From: a virus | Lineage: Duplodnaviria > Caudoviricetes | Strand: one strand, 5' to 3' | DNA length: 60,001 nucleotides | IMG/VR virus record: IMGVR_UViG_3300021225_000464 | Coordinates: 1-60,001 of that record | Shown here: positions 46,885 to 57,105 of the stretch, piece after piece | How positions within the stretch are numbered: position 1 is the stretch's first letter | How the letters are laid out: each line of letters starts with the position of its first letter | Program-made: the position numbers and the translations under genes | The notes under the pieces: model-generated | What the model was told of the DNA's origin: nothing | Databases searched by the model: none | Seen by the model: only the letters and a program-made list of their open reading frames with translations

Positions 46885-48825
46885 TTAAAAATATTTTCCA
46901 GTTACCCTTACATTACCTGTTAATTGTCCTGTTGGTGGTATCGTTTCCGCAACTATAACACCCTCAACTTTACCATTTTTAGCTCTTTCTTTGAAAGATG
47001 ATGTGAAAACTGCTATTTTTTCAATAGTACCGTAATCAGTTGAACCATTTATACCTGGACCTGTTGGGATACCTATTTTTTCCATTTGTAAAATATATTC
47101 AACAACTTCTTTTTGGGGTAAGACACCTGAAAGATATTCTGTTAAATACAAAAATGATGTTGGTAAAATGTATTTTTTAGGTGGTAATGTTAATTTTAGT
47201 AAATTTAAAATTTGATTAACAACTGATTTACAACTTCTAAAATCTTGAATTAAATTAGCAACACCTTTTGCTGTTTTTCCAATGTTATTTAATTCTTCCA
47301 TACTATCTAATATTGATGCAATTGCATATTTTGACATTTTTGATTTTTCAATAATTAAATCTTTTATGGTTCGTTTAACTAATTTTAAAATGTCTTGTTT
47401 TAATTGATTAAATAACGCCTCAATAAATAATGCACTTATTTTTGATGTAACATCAATTATAAATCTTCTATTTGTTTTAGCAAAGGCCATTAAACCTGGT
47501 GATTGAGCTTCAATATCATTAATAATATTGTTATCCAAATTTGATATAGTACTACTTAATGCTTTTGACATTGTAATAAAAGGAAATATTACTTTTGGTG
47601 ATAGAATAGATTGAATTACTCCTGTTACAAAATTATTAATTATATTTTTGTCATATGATACTAAAGGTAATATTGACTGTAATTGCCATCTATTATCATT
47701 GGATAAATTAAAATAAACTTCTTGCATAATTGTATCCATATTACTACCATTATCATTTATTTCACTAATAGTTTCAAAAACATAATTTACATCTGTAATA
47801 GGTAATTGAAGATTATTACAATCAATAAATTCAACATAACCTCTACGGATTATTGAAATTTCATTTTCTATTTGTGATAATTGATTAGGTGTGAATTCAA
47901 AAAAAGTATCAGACACATCATCAAGTTCTGGGTATTTTGAAATACCACTAACATCAATTTCTTGATTATAATCAAAACACATCCCCAAAATTCTTTGTAA
48001 TATTTTAATAAATCTTTTATTATCATTTAGGTTAGAAGGTCCTGGATTAGTATTAGCACTAAGTATATTTAAAACCAAATCAAGAATTTTGGCAACTGCA
48101 TTATTAAAATCAAATAACCTTAAAGTTTTAAAATAGTCAATAATGAAATCGGTAACTCTATTTGGAGCATTTATACGGTCTAAAAGAACTATTTTAAAAT
48201 AATTCCCTTGTGTAACACCATTAAATGTCTCAAATGAAATTCTAAAAAGTTCTTGTCCTGAAGTACCATAATAAGTTTGTTGTATTGATGGAGTTTGAAT
48301 TAAATCGTAAAAAAATCTATTTGTGGCTCTTGGTATTGATGTGGGGTCATATACATTTTTTTCATATATAGACGCACCTATTATAGAGTTAGGGTTTAAT
48401 TTTAATTGTTTAAATAAATCAATATACTCAACATTTATGTATAATTCCTGATTTGTTTGATATACCTCTTCCTGAGAACAACCTAACGCCGATATCATGG
48501 AACTTAATAAAATCTCTTCAATAACACTTGGTAAATTTTGTAATTGATTTTTTAAAATTTTTATAAAAAAATTTGGAGTAGCATTTGTATTTGATTGTGA
48601 GATTAATTCAATTAATTCTTCATAAGAATTTGATGCTCTTTCTTTTATTTTTCTAGCTAAAGTTGCGGAATCTAAATTTATTTGAATACTATCTGATTTT
48701 TTTTGTAATTTATCAGTAGTTGTTTGAATAAAATTATTATAGTCATTTTTTACTTTCGTAAATTTATCAATGGCTTTAACTCTTTCTTTACTTTCTTTAA
48801 ATCCTTCTTTAATATCTTCAGCCAT
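46885..48825 (-). CDS. Large hypothetical protein, probably structural
   Basis: 646-aa ORF in the baseplate-like operon. Confidence 0.65.
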   Translation of the reverse strand: MAEDIKEGFKESKERVKAIDKFTKVKNDYNNFIQTTTDKLQKKSDSIQINLDSATLARKIKERASNSYEELIELISQSNTNATPNFFIKILKNQLQNLPSVIEEILLSSMISALGCSQEEVYQTNQELYINVEYIDLFKQLKLNPNSIIGASIYEKNVYDPTSIPRATNRFFYDLIQTPSIQQTYYGTSGQELFRISFETFNGVTQGNYFKIVLLDRINAPNRVTDFIIDYFKTLRLFDFNNAVAKILDLVLNILSANTNPGPSNLNDNKRFIKILQRILGMCFDYNQEIDVSGISKYPELDDVSDTFFEFTPNQLSQIENEISIIRRGYVEFIDCNNLQLPITDVNYVFETISEINDNGSNMDTIMQEVYFNLSNDNRWQLQSILPLVSYDKNIINNFVTGVIQSILSPKVIFPFITMSKALSSTISNLDNNIINDIEAQSPGLMAFAKTNRRFIIDVTSKISALFIEALFNQLKQDILKLVKRTIKDLIIEKSKMSKYAIASILDSMEELNNIGKTAKGVANLIQDFRSCKSVVNQILNLLKLTLPPKKYILPTSFLYLTEYLSGVLPQKEVVEYILQMEKIGIPTGPGINGSTDYGTIEKIAVFTSSFKERAKNGKVEGVIVAETIPPTGQLTGNVRVTGKYF

Positions 48826-49187
48826 TATAGATTAAATTTTTGAATGTCAGAGTTAATGTCTTTATCAATTAAACCTTGTAAGATATCATCATCCATTGAT
48901 GTTATATCAAAACTATCTTCTTGATTACTTCTTTTTTCCCATATATTAGATTGAAGCTTAGATAGTGTTAATTTTTTCTCAACACAATCATTAATAATTT
49001 TTTGTTGTTTTTCAATTACAGGACCAATAAGTGTCATATCTTCTGGTTCCTTCATCATTGAAATCATTTTATTTTGAATTCTAATGGCAGTTGAACGTTG
49101 TTCAACCAATTCATTATATATCTCTTGCATAAGAGCTAAAATAGACTCTTGTGTAAAATTTATTTGTTTTTTCTTTGGTTTGGTCAT
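48825..49187 (-). CDS. Hypothetical helical protein
   Basis: 120 aa; TATTTAT (minus) at 49192-49198, 4 nt before the ATG. Confidence 0.65.
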   Translation of the reverse strand: MTKPKKKQINFTQESILALMQEIYNELVEQRSTAIRIQNKMISMMKEPEDMTLIGPVIEKQQKIINDCVEKKLTLSKLQSNIWEKRSNQEDSFDITSMDDDILQGLIDKDINSDIQKFNL

Positions 49188-49214
49188 ACCAATAAATATT
49201 TTTGGTATTATTTT

Positions 49215-49952
49215 TTAGTCAGGATTTACCTGTATTAATCCAGTATACAATTTTTTGAATTTTTTCATTGAAGCTCTTATTTCTTTTGTTGACATGTTTG
49301 TCATTTCACGTAAAGATAAAAGGATGACATTTTTATTAAATTTATTATTATCAGTTGCTGGAAAAATAGTTTCGTAGTTTTCTAAAATCTCAACTAAAGA
49401 TAATCCTAATTTAAGTTCACTTTCATTTAATTCATTTTCCTCAATGATTTCTTTAATATAATCAATAAGAATTGGTATAAGATTAACTTCCTCAGGTTGC
49501 TCAATATCTAAATAATAAATCATTTGAGGTGCGTTTTCTAAATCACCTGAAATATCTTCATATGATATTTTTCTATTTGTTTCTTTTTGGTCTTTTAATA
49601 TTTGACCCATTAAATAGTTTTTACAAATAGTACCAAAATACGAATAGGCTTTCTTTTCTTTTGAAGGACTAAATTTATCAATTTTAGTCATTAAAAATGA
49701 ATGAGTATCAGTATGAATTTCATAAAAATCCATGTCTTTTCTATATAATTTATATCTTCTAATAATTGAAGATATCATCTTATCTAATGGAAATCTTAAA
49801 AACTCATTATAAATTTTATTTTTTTCCTCAAAAGTAGAAGCAGTCAGGAACATTCTGACTGCGTTCTCTTCTCTTATGTCAAAGTAGTTTTCAGTGCTCT
49901 GTTTTTTCTTTTTAGTAACAGAAATCTCTATTGAGCTTGCGCTTAGTATCAT
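49215..49952 (-). CDS. Late sigma factor (T4 gp55-like)
   Basis: N-terminal NYF and region-2-like KIDKFSPSKEKKAYSYFGTICKN, similar to the gp55 F.P.K....FAYFT.I..N pattern. Confidence 0.65.
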   Translation of the reverse strand: MILSASSIEISVTKKKKQSTENYFDIREENAVRMFLTASTFEEKNKIYNEFLRFPLDKMISSIIRRYKLYRKDMDFYEIHTDTHSFLMTKIDKFSPSKEKKAYSYFGTICKNYLMGQILKDQKETNRKISYEDISGDLENAPQMIYYLDIEQPEEVNLIPILIDYIKEIIEENELNESELKLGLSLVEILENYETIFPATDNNKFNKNVILLSLREMTNMSTKEIRASMKKFKKLYTGLIQVNPD

Positions 49953-50758
49953 TAAGCATTTTCAGCAACATATTTTATGTTTCTATCTTCAGTAAAGAAA
50001 TACTCTTTTCTAGCCGAAGAAACCCAAAACTTAACTTCACTCTCTGATAATTTATCAGAACCATTCTTATATTCCCAAAAAATAGAATCTTCTCTTAAAT
50101 TGGTGTGTTTATAACCAATTTTTGGGATAGTCATTATTTTAGCTGAGTTATATGTTAAACGGAGTAAAAATTCATAAACAAATGTTAATTTTACACTTGG
50201 TTTAAATCCTCCAAAATCCTCAACCAATGATTTTTTGAAAACCATTCCAGATGTTTGGAAATTTTGATATTGTAATAAAGTATCGTTTGTTAAATAACCA
50301 ATTTCTTGTGAGAAATTAGCCGCAAAGGTTGCTTCATTAGTAAATCCTTGAAATGTTAATTTATTATCAACTTCTACAACTATTGGTAAAAACGCATCTA
50401 CATCATTGTAAGATTCAATATATTTTTTAACATTTTTAAACCATATTTTAGAATACTCATCATCAACTTCTAAAATACTTACCCATTTAGTTTTAGTGTT
50501 TAAAATTGCAAAATTTACTTGATTTGCAAAATTTGGTTCATCCTCAAACTCTAAAATAGTTGTAGTTAAATTTTTAAAATCGTAATTTTTTAAATAATCT
50601 GATAAATTTTTATCTTTACCATGAATAATAGTTACGTTTTTAGGTAAAATTTCTTGGTTTTGAATTGACTCAATAGACTTTTGAAAAAAATCTTCAAAAT
50701 CCTTCATCAACATATTTTTAATTGGTAAAATTACACTTAAGTCTAAAATATTTTCCAT
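49952..50758 (-). CDS. Glycosyltransferase family 2-like
   Basis: LSVILPI, SIESIQNQ, VNFAI....TKWVSILEVDD. Confidence 0.75.
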   Translation of the reverse strand: MENILDLSVILPIKNMLMKDFEDFFQKSIESIQNQEILPKNVTIIHGKDKNLSDYLKNYDFKNLTTTILEFEDEPNFANQVNFAILNTKTKWVSILEVDDEYSKIWFKNVKKYIESYNDVDAFLPIVVEVDNKLTFQGFTNEATFAANFSQEIGYLTNDTLLQYQNFQTSGMVFKKSLVEDFGGFKPSVKLTFVYEFLLRLTYNSAKIMTIPKIGYKHTNLREDSIFWEYKNGSDKLSESEVKFWVSSARKEYFFTEDRNIKYVAENA

Positions 50759-50760
50759 AA

Positions 50761-51819
50761 TTAATTTTCTATTAGTTGTAGTTTATTTAATTCTTCTTCA
50801 AAAGTTCTTTTCATCGTTTTAAAATAAGTTTCAAATGATGATAAAATTGTTTTTTCAAATTTTGAAACATCTGAATATTTTTCAGCAGTTTCAAACGCAC
50901 TTTCGTAGAGTTTATCGGATACATTATCCTCAAGCCAATTTTGAACAAAATCTGCAACAAAATCTACTAATTTAATTTCGTCTTGTATCCAAATTCCGTT
51001 ATCTTCATTTAACCAACTTGGGATTAACTTTGGAATAACTCCCATAACCGCAACTCCTGATTTCATAGATTCAATTGGAAATGTACCAAAAGAACTTGTT
51101 CTATCATTCCAAACTGATAACATAGATTCTTTAAGTGAATTAGCAAATTCTTCTTGACTTAATCCTCTCATATCTTTAAAAGTAATCCATCTAAATTGTG
51201 GGTATTTTTGATAAAAAGATTTGATGAAATTAATACTATCTCTTTGTTCTCTAAAAACAACTGAAATAATTGGTTTTGATGGTTTTGAAGGTGTTGTAAA
51301 ATTTTCACTAATACAAGGTTCAATTACGTCAATTGCAGTCATCTTCATTAATGAAGCGATATATTTCTTTTGTTCTTCAGATGTTGTTATACATTTGGTA
51401 AATCCAAATTGTTGCCAAGTTTGACCCGGTTGTAATGTCTCAAAAATATAATCGTAAGATTGAGATAATACTATTTTAGTACATGGTAAATTAGTTAATT
51501 GAGTCATTACATACCCAAAAATTTCAGGAATAATAATAAAATCTTCAGGTGCAATTTGTAAATTTTGACCCTCAACCGCTTGATGAGGTAAAACATCATA
51601 CTTTTGACCTAACCAATTTGACACTCCAAAATAGTCTGGTTTTTCATGTAAAATAGTAACATTAAAATCTCCGTTTCGTAATGTTAATGCCATATCGTAA
51701 ATATACTTAATAGACGCTTTGGCGTTACCTTTAGTATCTTGTACAAAAAAATAAATTCTTGATTTTTTTTCAATTAAATTTTTAATTGACTCTTCAATTT
51801 TTTTAATTTTATCTTCCAT
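50761..51819 (-). CDS. GT-B (family 4-like) glycosyltransferase
   Basis: IIIPEIF and SSFGTFPIESMKSGVAV. Confidence 0.7.
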   Translation of the reverse strand: MEDKIKKIEESIKNLIEKKSRIYFFVQDTKGNAKASIKYIYDMALTLRNGDFNVTILHEKPDYFGVSNWLGQKYDVLPHQAVEGQNLQIAPEDFIIIPEIFGYVMTQLTNLPCTKIVLSQSYDYIFETLQPGQTWQQFGFTKCITTSEEQKKYIASLMKMTAIDVIEPCISENFTTPSKPSKPIISVVFREQRDSINFIKSFYQKYPQFRWITFKDMRGLSQEEFANSLKESMLSVWNDRTSSFGTFPIESMKSGVAVMGVIPKLIPSWLNEDNGIWIQDEIKLVDFVADFVQNWLEDNVSDKLYESAFETAEKYSDVSKFEKTILSSFETYFKTMKRTFEEELNKLQLIEN

Positions 51820-51822
51820 AGT

Positions 51823-52086
51823 TTAATATTTTTGAATTATTTTATTATTTAATAATGTATTAAATGCTAATTTAAATGGTATTGACGCTGATGCTTTATC
51901 ACCTAAGGTTTCGTCAACCTCTTCAGTTTCACTTAAAACAACTTCTAACATCATTTTAATTATTTCATATTGAACAACTCCTATTTGTTGTTCTGTAGAC
52001 CCCGATGAATTTGGTGTGTCTATATTAATAATTGATTGAGCGGATTCTAAATCAATGTAATAATGTTCCCCCAGTATTTTTAACAT
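51823..52086 (-). CDS. Hypothetical protein
   Basis: 87 aa, tiled within the operon. Confidence 0.65.
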   Translation of the reverse strand: MLKILGEHYYIDLESAQSIINIDTPNSSGSTEQQIGVVQYEIIKMMLEVVLSETEEVDETLGDKASASIPFKLAFNTLLNNKIIQKY

Positions 52087-52678
52087 TATCTAAATTTGTA
52101 ATTATTTCGTCTAATTCTTTAATTTTTTCTATTGTTTTAGACGAGTTTATTTTTTCGTTATAAAGTGTTTTATATTTTATAACTTTGTTATTGTAATTAA
52201 TAAGAATATCAGGGTTAGAAGTAACTATTAAATCAAAATCATTCAGAATTTGACTTTTAGTTATTTCATTGTAAAAAATTACTCGTTCAAATTGACAACT
52301 AAATTTTGATAAAAAAAATAGTGTTGCTGGTTTTGATTTTGAAATTTCATCAGAAATAATTGTAAATTCTATTTTATTTCTATGTTTGATATAAATTTCA
52401 TTTAAATCGGCAAATGTCATCATTTCACTTGATGGTGCGTGACCAAAAATTTCCATAGGACAATCCTCAAACATAAATGAAAACATTTCTTCTTTTGAAG
52501 GGAATAGGAAATGATTAAATAAGTCTAAGCTATCAATTGGTTCAACTATTGAATAGTTAAATTTATTTTCATCTTCCTCAATACCATCTGTTGATTGTAC
52601 TAAAAATTTATCATATACAATTTTAAATTTAGCAATGGTATCTCTTAAAACACCATTAATTTCAATTCCTATCTTCAT
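52052..52678 (-). CDS. HAD 5'-nucleotidase-like protein with degenerate motif I
   Basis: MKIGIEINGVLRD, where the family has IxxDxDGV. Confidence 0.55.
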   Translation of the reverse strand: MKIGIEINGVLRDTIAKFKIVYDKFLVQSTDGIEEDENKFNYSIVEPIDSLDLFNHFLFPSKEEMFSFMFEDCPMEIFGHAPSSEMMTFADLNEIYIKHRNKIEFTIISDEISKSKPATLFFLSKFSCQFERVIFYNEITKSQILNDFDLIVTSNPDILINYNNKVIKYKTLYNEKINSSKTIEKIKELDEIITNLDNVKNTGGTLLH

Positions 52679-53402
52679 ATCTTTTTAGTATTTCAGTAAT
52701 TAACGGATTTCTTACAACATCTTCATCTCCAAATTCATGAACACCAATTTCAGAAATGTTTTTAAATTTTTCAATAGCATCCCATAATCCTGAATGTTTT
52801 TTATCTTTATATCTATCAGTTTGTTCTAAGTCACCAGATATAAAAAATTTACTATCAGTACCAATACGGGTTAATAATAATTTCATTTGTTTTGGAGTGG
52901 CATTTTGTGCTTCTTCAAATATTAAAATAGAATTATCAATATTCATCCCTCTCATATATGCCAAAGCAAAAACTTCAATAACCTCCATTTGTTTTAATTT
53001 TTCTCTCGCTTCTTTACCAATGATTTTATTCAACAGATAATAAGATGGAAAAATATATGGGTCCAATTTTTCCTCAACATTACCGGGTAATGAACCAAGT
53101 TTTTCTTCAGCTTCAACTGCCGGTCTTACAATAATAATCTTTTCATATGGTGAGGTATGGTCAGCAATTAAATCAACCGCAGCTTTCATTGCGATAAAAC
53201 TTTTACCAACACCTGCCGGACCTGAACAAATTGTAATTTGATTCTTTTTTAATTTATCGTAATACTCTCTTTGACTTTGAGTTAAGAATTTATCCTTACT
53301 CTTTTTAATCATACCACTAATTTGGTCTTTTTTAGACATTTTTGGTTTAGCTTCAGTAGGAATATACTGATTGTCTTTGCTAATTGTTTTTTTTCTTGTC
53401 AT
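52662..53402 (-). CDS. phoH: PhoH-like ATPase
   Basis: GPAGVGKS, RPAVE, LGSLPG, AYMRG, EEAQN, GDLEQTD, DVVRN. Confidence 0.93.
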   Translation of the reverse strand: MTRKKTISKDNQYIPTEAKPKMSKKDQISGMIKKSKDKFLTQSQREYYDKLKKNQITICSGPAGVGKSFIAMKAAVDLIADHTSPYEKIIIVRPAVEAEEKLGSLPGNVEEKLDPYIFPSYYLLNKIIGKEAREKLKQMEVIEVFALAYMRGMNIDNSILIFEEAQNATPKQMKLLLTRIGTDSKFFISGDLEQTDRYKDKKHSGLWDAIEKFKNISEIGVHEFGDEDVVRNPLITEILKRYEDRN

Positions 53403-54373
53403 TATTTAATTGTATAATAATCCATCCAGTAGTCAATCATTTCATCTAGCATTGTCTCAAATGTATAATCGTGAGACCATCCTGTTGATTTTATTAACTT
53501 TGAAGAATCTCCTTTTAAATCGTGTAATTCTTCAGGTCTTAAAAACTTTTCATCTTGGGTTACGTATTCTTTATAGTCTAAATCTAATGAAGAAAATACA
53601 TAATTACAAAGTTCTCTAACTGAATGAGATATTCCTGTAGAACAGACAAAATCGTCAGGATTTTCTAACTGAAGAATTTCCCACATAGCTCTAACATAAT
53701 CTTTAGCGTGACCCCAATCGCGAGTTGCGTCAAGATTACCCAATTTAAGCTCATTAGATAGTCCTAATTTAATCTTAACGGCTTCTTTACATACTTTATT
53801 AGTGACAAAGTTTGTTCCTCTTCTTGGGGATTCGTGATTGAAAAGAATACCATTAGAAATAAACATACCGTAAGAGTTTCTATAGTTACGACAAATGTTA
53901 TAACTAAACACTTTAGCACACCCATAAGGTGATACTGGATTCATAGGTGTTGTTTCTCTTTGATAACCATCAGAATCAATTGAATTACCAAACATTTCAG
54001 ATGATGACGCTTGATAAATTTTTGTATTAGGTTTAATTAACTTAACTGCCTCAAGAAGATTTAAAGTACCTAATCCTGTCACATTTGCGGTATAAATCGG
54101 TTGGTCAAAAGAAATTCTAACATGTGATTGTGCCGCCAAATTATAAATCTCATCAGGCATAACCTTTTGTATTACATTAATTAATGAAGACATATCTGTT
54201 AAATCCGCATAATGTAGTTTTATTTGTTCATAAACACTATCTAATCTTGCGGTTTGATTTTCAGCAACTGAATTTCTTTTTAATGTTCCGTGAACTTCAT
54301 AACCTTTTTTTAATAAAAATTCGGATAAATATGACCCGTCTTGACCGTTAATTCCTGTAATTAATGCTATCAT
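53402..54373 (-). CDS. gmd: GDP-mannose 4,6-dehydratase
   Basis: ALITGINGQDGSYL, NLAAQSHV, YQASSSEMFG, SPYGCAK, LFNHESPRRG, RDWGHA. Confidence 0.95.
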   Translation of the reverse strand: MIALITGINGQDGSYLSEFLLKKGYEVHGTLKRNSVAENQTARLDSVYEQIKLHYADLTDMSSLINVIQKVMPDEIYNLAAQSHVRISFDQPIYTANVTGLGTLNLLEAVKLIKPNTKIYQASSSEMFGNSIDSDGYQRETTPMNPVSPYGCAKVFSYNICRNYRNSYGMFISNGILFNHESPRRGTNFVTNKVCKEAVKIKLGLSNELKLGNLDATRDWGHAKDYVRAMWEILQLENPDDFVCSTGISHSVRELCNYVFSSLDLDYKEYVTQDEKFLRPEELHDLKGDSSKLIKSTGWSHDYTFETMLDEMIDYWMDYYTIK

Positions 54374-55269
54374 TAAATAAATTTTAATATGTTATTTATT
54401 CTGTTCACAAAAGTATGTTCATTTTTAATATAAATCATTGTTTCTTGAATTTCACTAATTAATTTAGTTTTTTCAGAATCCAATAATTTCTCAAATAAAA
54501 TTTCTAAATTTGAGTCAAATACAACATGGTCACCTAATTTAGTTTTAACATTTTCAGAATTAGTACCGGTTATTCTTCCATAACTTAAATTTTTAAATAT
54601 TCTACAAGGTAAGTATCCACAATCAATGTGAGCAGGACCTCTTAAGTCCAATGACAAATATGAGTCTTGAGTTAAATATTTATTTTGTAAATCACTACCT
54701 GTTCTTGTTACATTAAAAATAACTCCATATTTTTCACATATATTTGTAAACTCATCTATTTGAGGTTCGTTTTCGTGAATAGTCCCCACATAATTTATTA
54801 TTTTATTATTAATGTTGTACTTTGTTGCTTCATCAATATTAATTTCATGTGGAAGTAAATCAGTCGCCCATGGTTGGTAAATTGTTTTTGTTTTTTCATC
54901 CCAATAACAAAAGTTATTAATTTTTTCAACACTATTTTCAGGATGATAAGCTGAAATTAGTTCATCACAAGGTTTTAAATAATTTGCTAAATTAATATAA
55001 TTTAAATCATTATTTTCATATTTTTCTAAATTAGTATGGTGAAGTACATATTTTGAACTTTTATTTATAGGAATATTTTGTTGGTATTGGTCTTCAGTAA
55101 AAAAAATTGAATTATCAAAATTGAAACTACTCAAATCTTCACTACCATCTAACCAATATGATTCAAACCCTAAAAATTTTGCGGCTTTATAATACGAACT
55201 GTGGATATAAAAATGTGTATGAAAATTATTTTTATGACCCCACACAATAAATTTTTTTTTTATGTCCAT
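54373..55269 (-). CDS. Glycosyltransferase-like protein (GT-B)
   Basis: PWATDLLP, YLPCRIFKNLSYG, C-terminal HTFVNRI. Confidence 0.55.
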   Translation of the reverse strand: MDIKKKFIVWGHKNNFHTHFYIHSSYYKAAKFLGFESYWLDGSEDLSSFNFDNSIFFTEDQYQQNIPINKSSKYVLHHTNLEKYENNDLNYINLANYLKPCDELISAYHPENSVEKINNFCYWDEKTKTIYQPWATDLLPHEINIDEATKYNINNKIINYVGTIHENEPQIDEFTNICEKYGVIFNVTRTGSDLQNKYLTQDSYLSLDLRGPAHIDCGYLPCRIFKNLSYGRITGTNSENVKTKLGDHVVFDSNLEILFEKLLDSEKTKLISEIQETMIYIKNEHTFVNRINNILKFI

Positions 55270-55322
55270 TAAATGTTTTTTAGTTTAAATAACACAGTAA
55301 TTGTATTACCGTACATATTTTT

Positions 55323-56189
55323 TTATTTTTTAATCATATATGAATATTTGTTAATATTATTAATAATATATTCAGGAAAAGTATCATCAATATTAACTTT
55401 ATCTAATTTACCTCTAAAAAATGGGTCAATATCATTCTCAATGTTATTTTGAATATTTGATATTATATGTTGATTATTGTATTCCTGATGAGAATATGCA
55501 TCTATTTTTATTTTAACTCTATCAGGTCCCCCCATAAAACTAAAATGCCACCCACCATTTTTTATTATATCTGTTGTAAATTTATTTTGTCTAATTAAAT
55601 TAATTGATAAATATTTTAACTTATTCCATACTAAACATTTAGTACCACTCCAATCATATTCTTTTAATAAATTAAAATAATAATAATATGTGGTTTGTTT
55701 AAAATCAAAAATTTCGTTAGTTATATTATTTTTAATATTTTCAATTTCTTTAGGGTTTGGTATTTCATCTAAATCTGAAATTAAAATTATATCATCATCA
55801 GAACATTCTTTAATACCATAAAATATTGCTTCTCTTTGATATGTTTCTCTACCCCATTGTTTTTCATGTCTCCCCCAACCTTCTGATGTTTCTACATAAT
55901 TTAAAATTTTGTTTTTAATTTTATCGTCTTCAGTTATTGGATTAATAACATACGGTAAATTTATAAAATCGTCAGGTGTGTCATCAATAATAACATGAAT
56001 TATTTTATCTTTAAATTTTGTAAATTTATCTTTGTTTTCATTAAAAACTAATGGTTTTTCTTTACCTGAAAATGTTACGGTTGACTCTACAATAACAAAT
56101 TTATCAACAAAATCATTAAGTGTTTCTAATCTCAATTCTAATATTTCTAATTCATTAAAAAATAAAAAACAATCATATATTTTTCTCAT
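55323..56189 (-). CDS. Glycosyltransferase family 17-like
   Basis: YDCFLFFNELEILELRL, VESTVTFSG..K, SDLDEIP, GGWHFSF. Confidence 0.85.
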   Translation of the reverse strand: MRKIYDCFLFFNELEILELRLETLNDFVDKFVIVESTVTFSGKEKPLVFNENKDKFTKFKDKIIHVIIDDTPDDFINLPYVINPITEDDKIKNKILNYVETSEGWGRHEKQWGRETYQREAIFYGIKECSDDDIILISDLDEIPNPKEIENIKNNITNEIFDFKQTTYYYYFNLLKEYDWSGTKCLVWNKLKYLSINLIRQNKFTTDIIKNGGWHFSFMGGPDRVKIKIDAYSHQEYNNQHIISNIQNNIENDIDPFFRGKLDKVNIDDTFPEYIINNINKYSYMIKK

Positions 56190-56193
56190 ATTT

Positions 56194-57105
56194 TTATATT
56201 AAATTTTTTGATTTATAGTATTTTAACGCTTCAGTTTTACATGAATCATAATCACTTAAAATACCATCTCTATCCATATATGTAAACCCACGAGTATAAA
56301 CATCACCAGTCGCCCAATAACCATCACTAACATTATGTCTTGACCAATATTTAGGCGCAATTACTTTTTTTACTTCTTGATTAAGCCACGCTGGCCACCA
56401 ACCAAAAGTAGAATTTGAAATTATTAACCATTTTGATTTTAATATAAGATAAAAATCAAAACCAATTTCATCGTGAATAGTTGGAATTTCAAACGGCATA
56501 TAACTTTTAGCACAATTTGGGTCGTCAGTAACAATTAAAAATTTCATATTTGGATTAATTTTTAACATGTGATTTATTGCATCATTCCAATATTCCCTTC
56601 TTAATATTACATTTGGTATACTTTGATATTCCCCACCTCTAAAATTCAAAACACATAGATTATCATCAAGAACGATAGATAAATCTTTTAATTTATTTTC
56701 ATATTTATTAATATATTCTTCTTTAATCTTAAACCAATTTAAGATATCATTTTTTCGGTCTATTAAATAATCCTCACACTGATAAATTCCACCTAACGCT
56801 CCATTATGACCAATTAATCTTGTGTTATCTTCAATTTCATAAACTCTTTTATCTAACATTGTTATATTAACGCTATCATAGTGTTGATAGGTTATCCATT
56901 TTTCATGAAAATTAACAAAATCACCTAAAACTTCCTGACCAAAATCAACATCCATAAAATACATTTGATTCATTCCATTATGATAATCATGACTTGGTAC
57001 AGGGTTTATTCCCCACTCAAATCCCAATTTTTCAGCAACCGCTCTACAAACGGAGTATTGCCACATATGGTTTCCAAAATTACCAGTTAAATTAGTTGTT
57101 ATCAT
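56194..57105 (-). CDS. Alpha-1,2-fucosyltransferase-like (GT11)
   Basis: GNFGNHMWQY, NFRGGEY, TDD, NSTFGWW. Confidence 0.8.
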   Translation of the reverse strand: MITTNLTGNFGNHMWQYSVCRAVAEKLGFEWGINPVPSHDYHNGMNQMYFMDVDFGQEVLGDFVNFHEKWITYQHYDSVNITMLDKRVYEIEDNTRLIGHNGALGGIYQCEDYLIDRKNDILNWFKIKEEYINKYENKLKDLSIVLDDNLCVLNFRGGEYQSIPNVILRREYWNDAINHMLKINPNMKFLIVTDDPNCAKSYMPFEIPTIHDEIGFDFYLILKSKWLIISNSTFGWWPAWLNQEVKKVIAPKYWSRHNVSDGYWATGDVYTRGFTYMDRDGILSDYDSCKTEALKYYKSKNLI

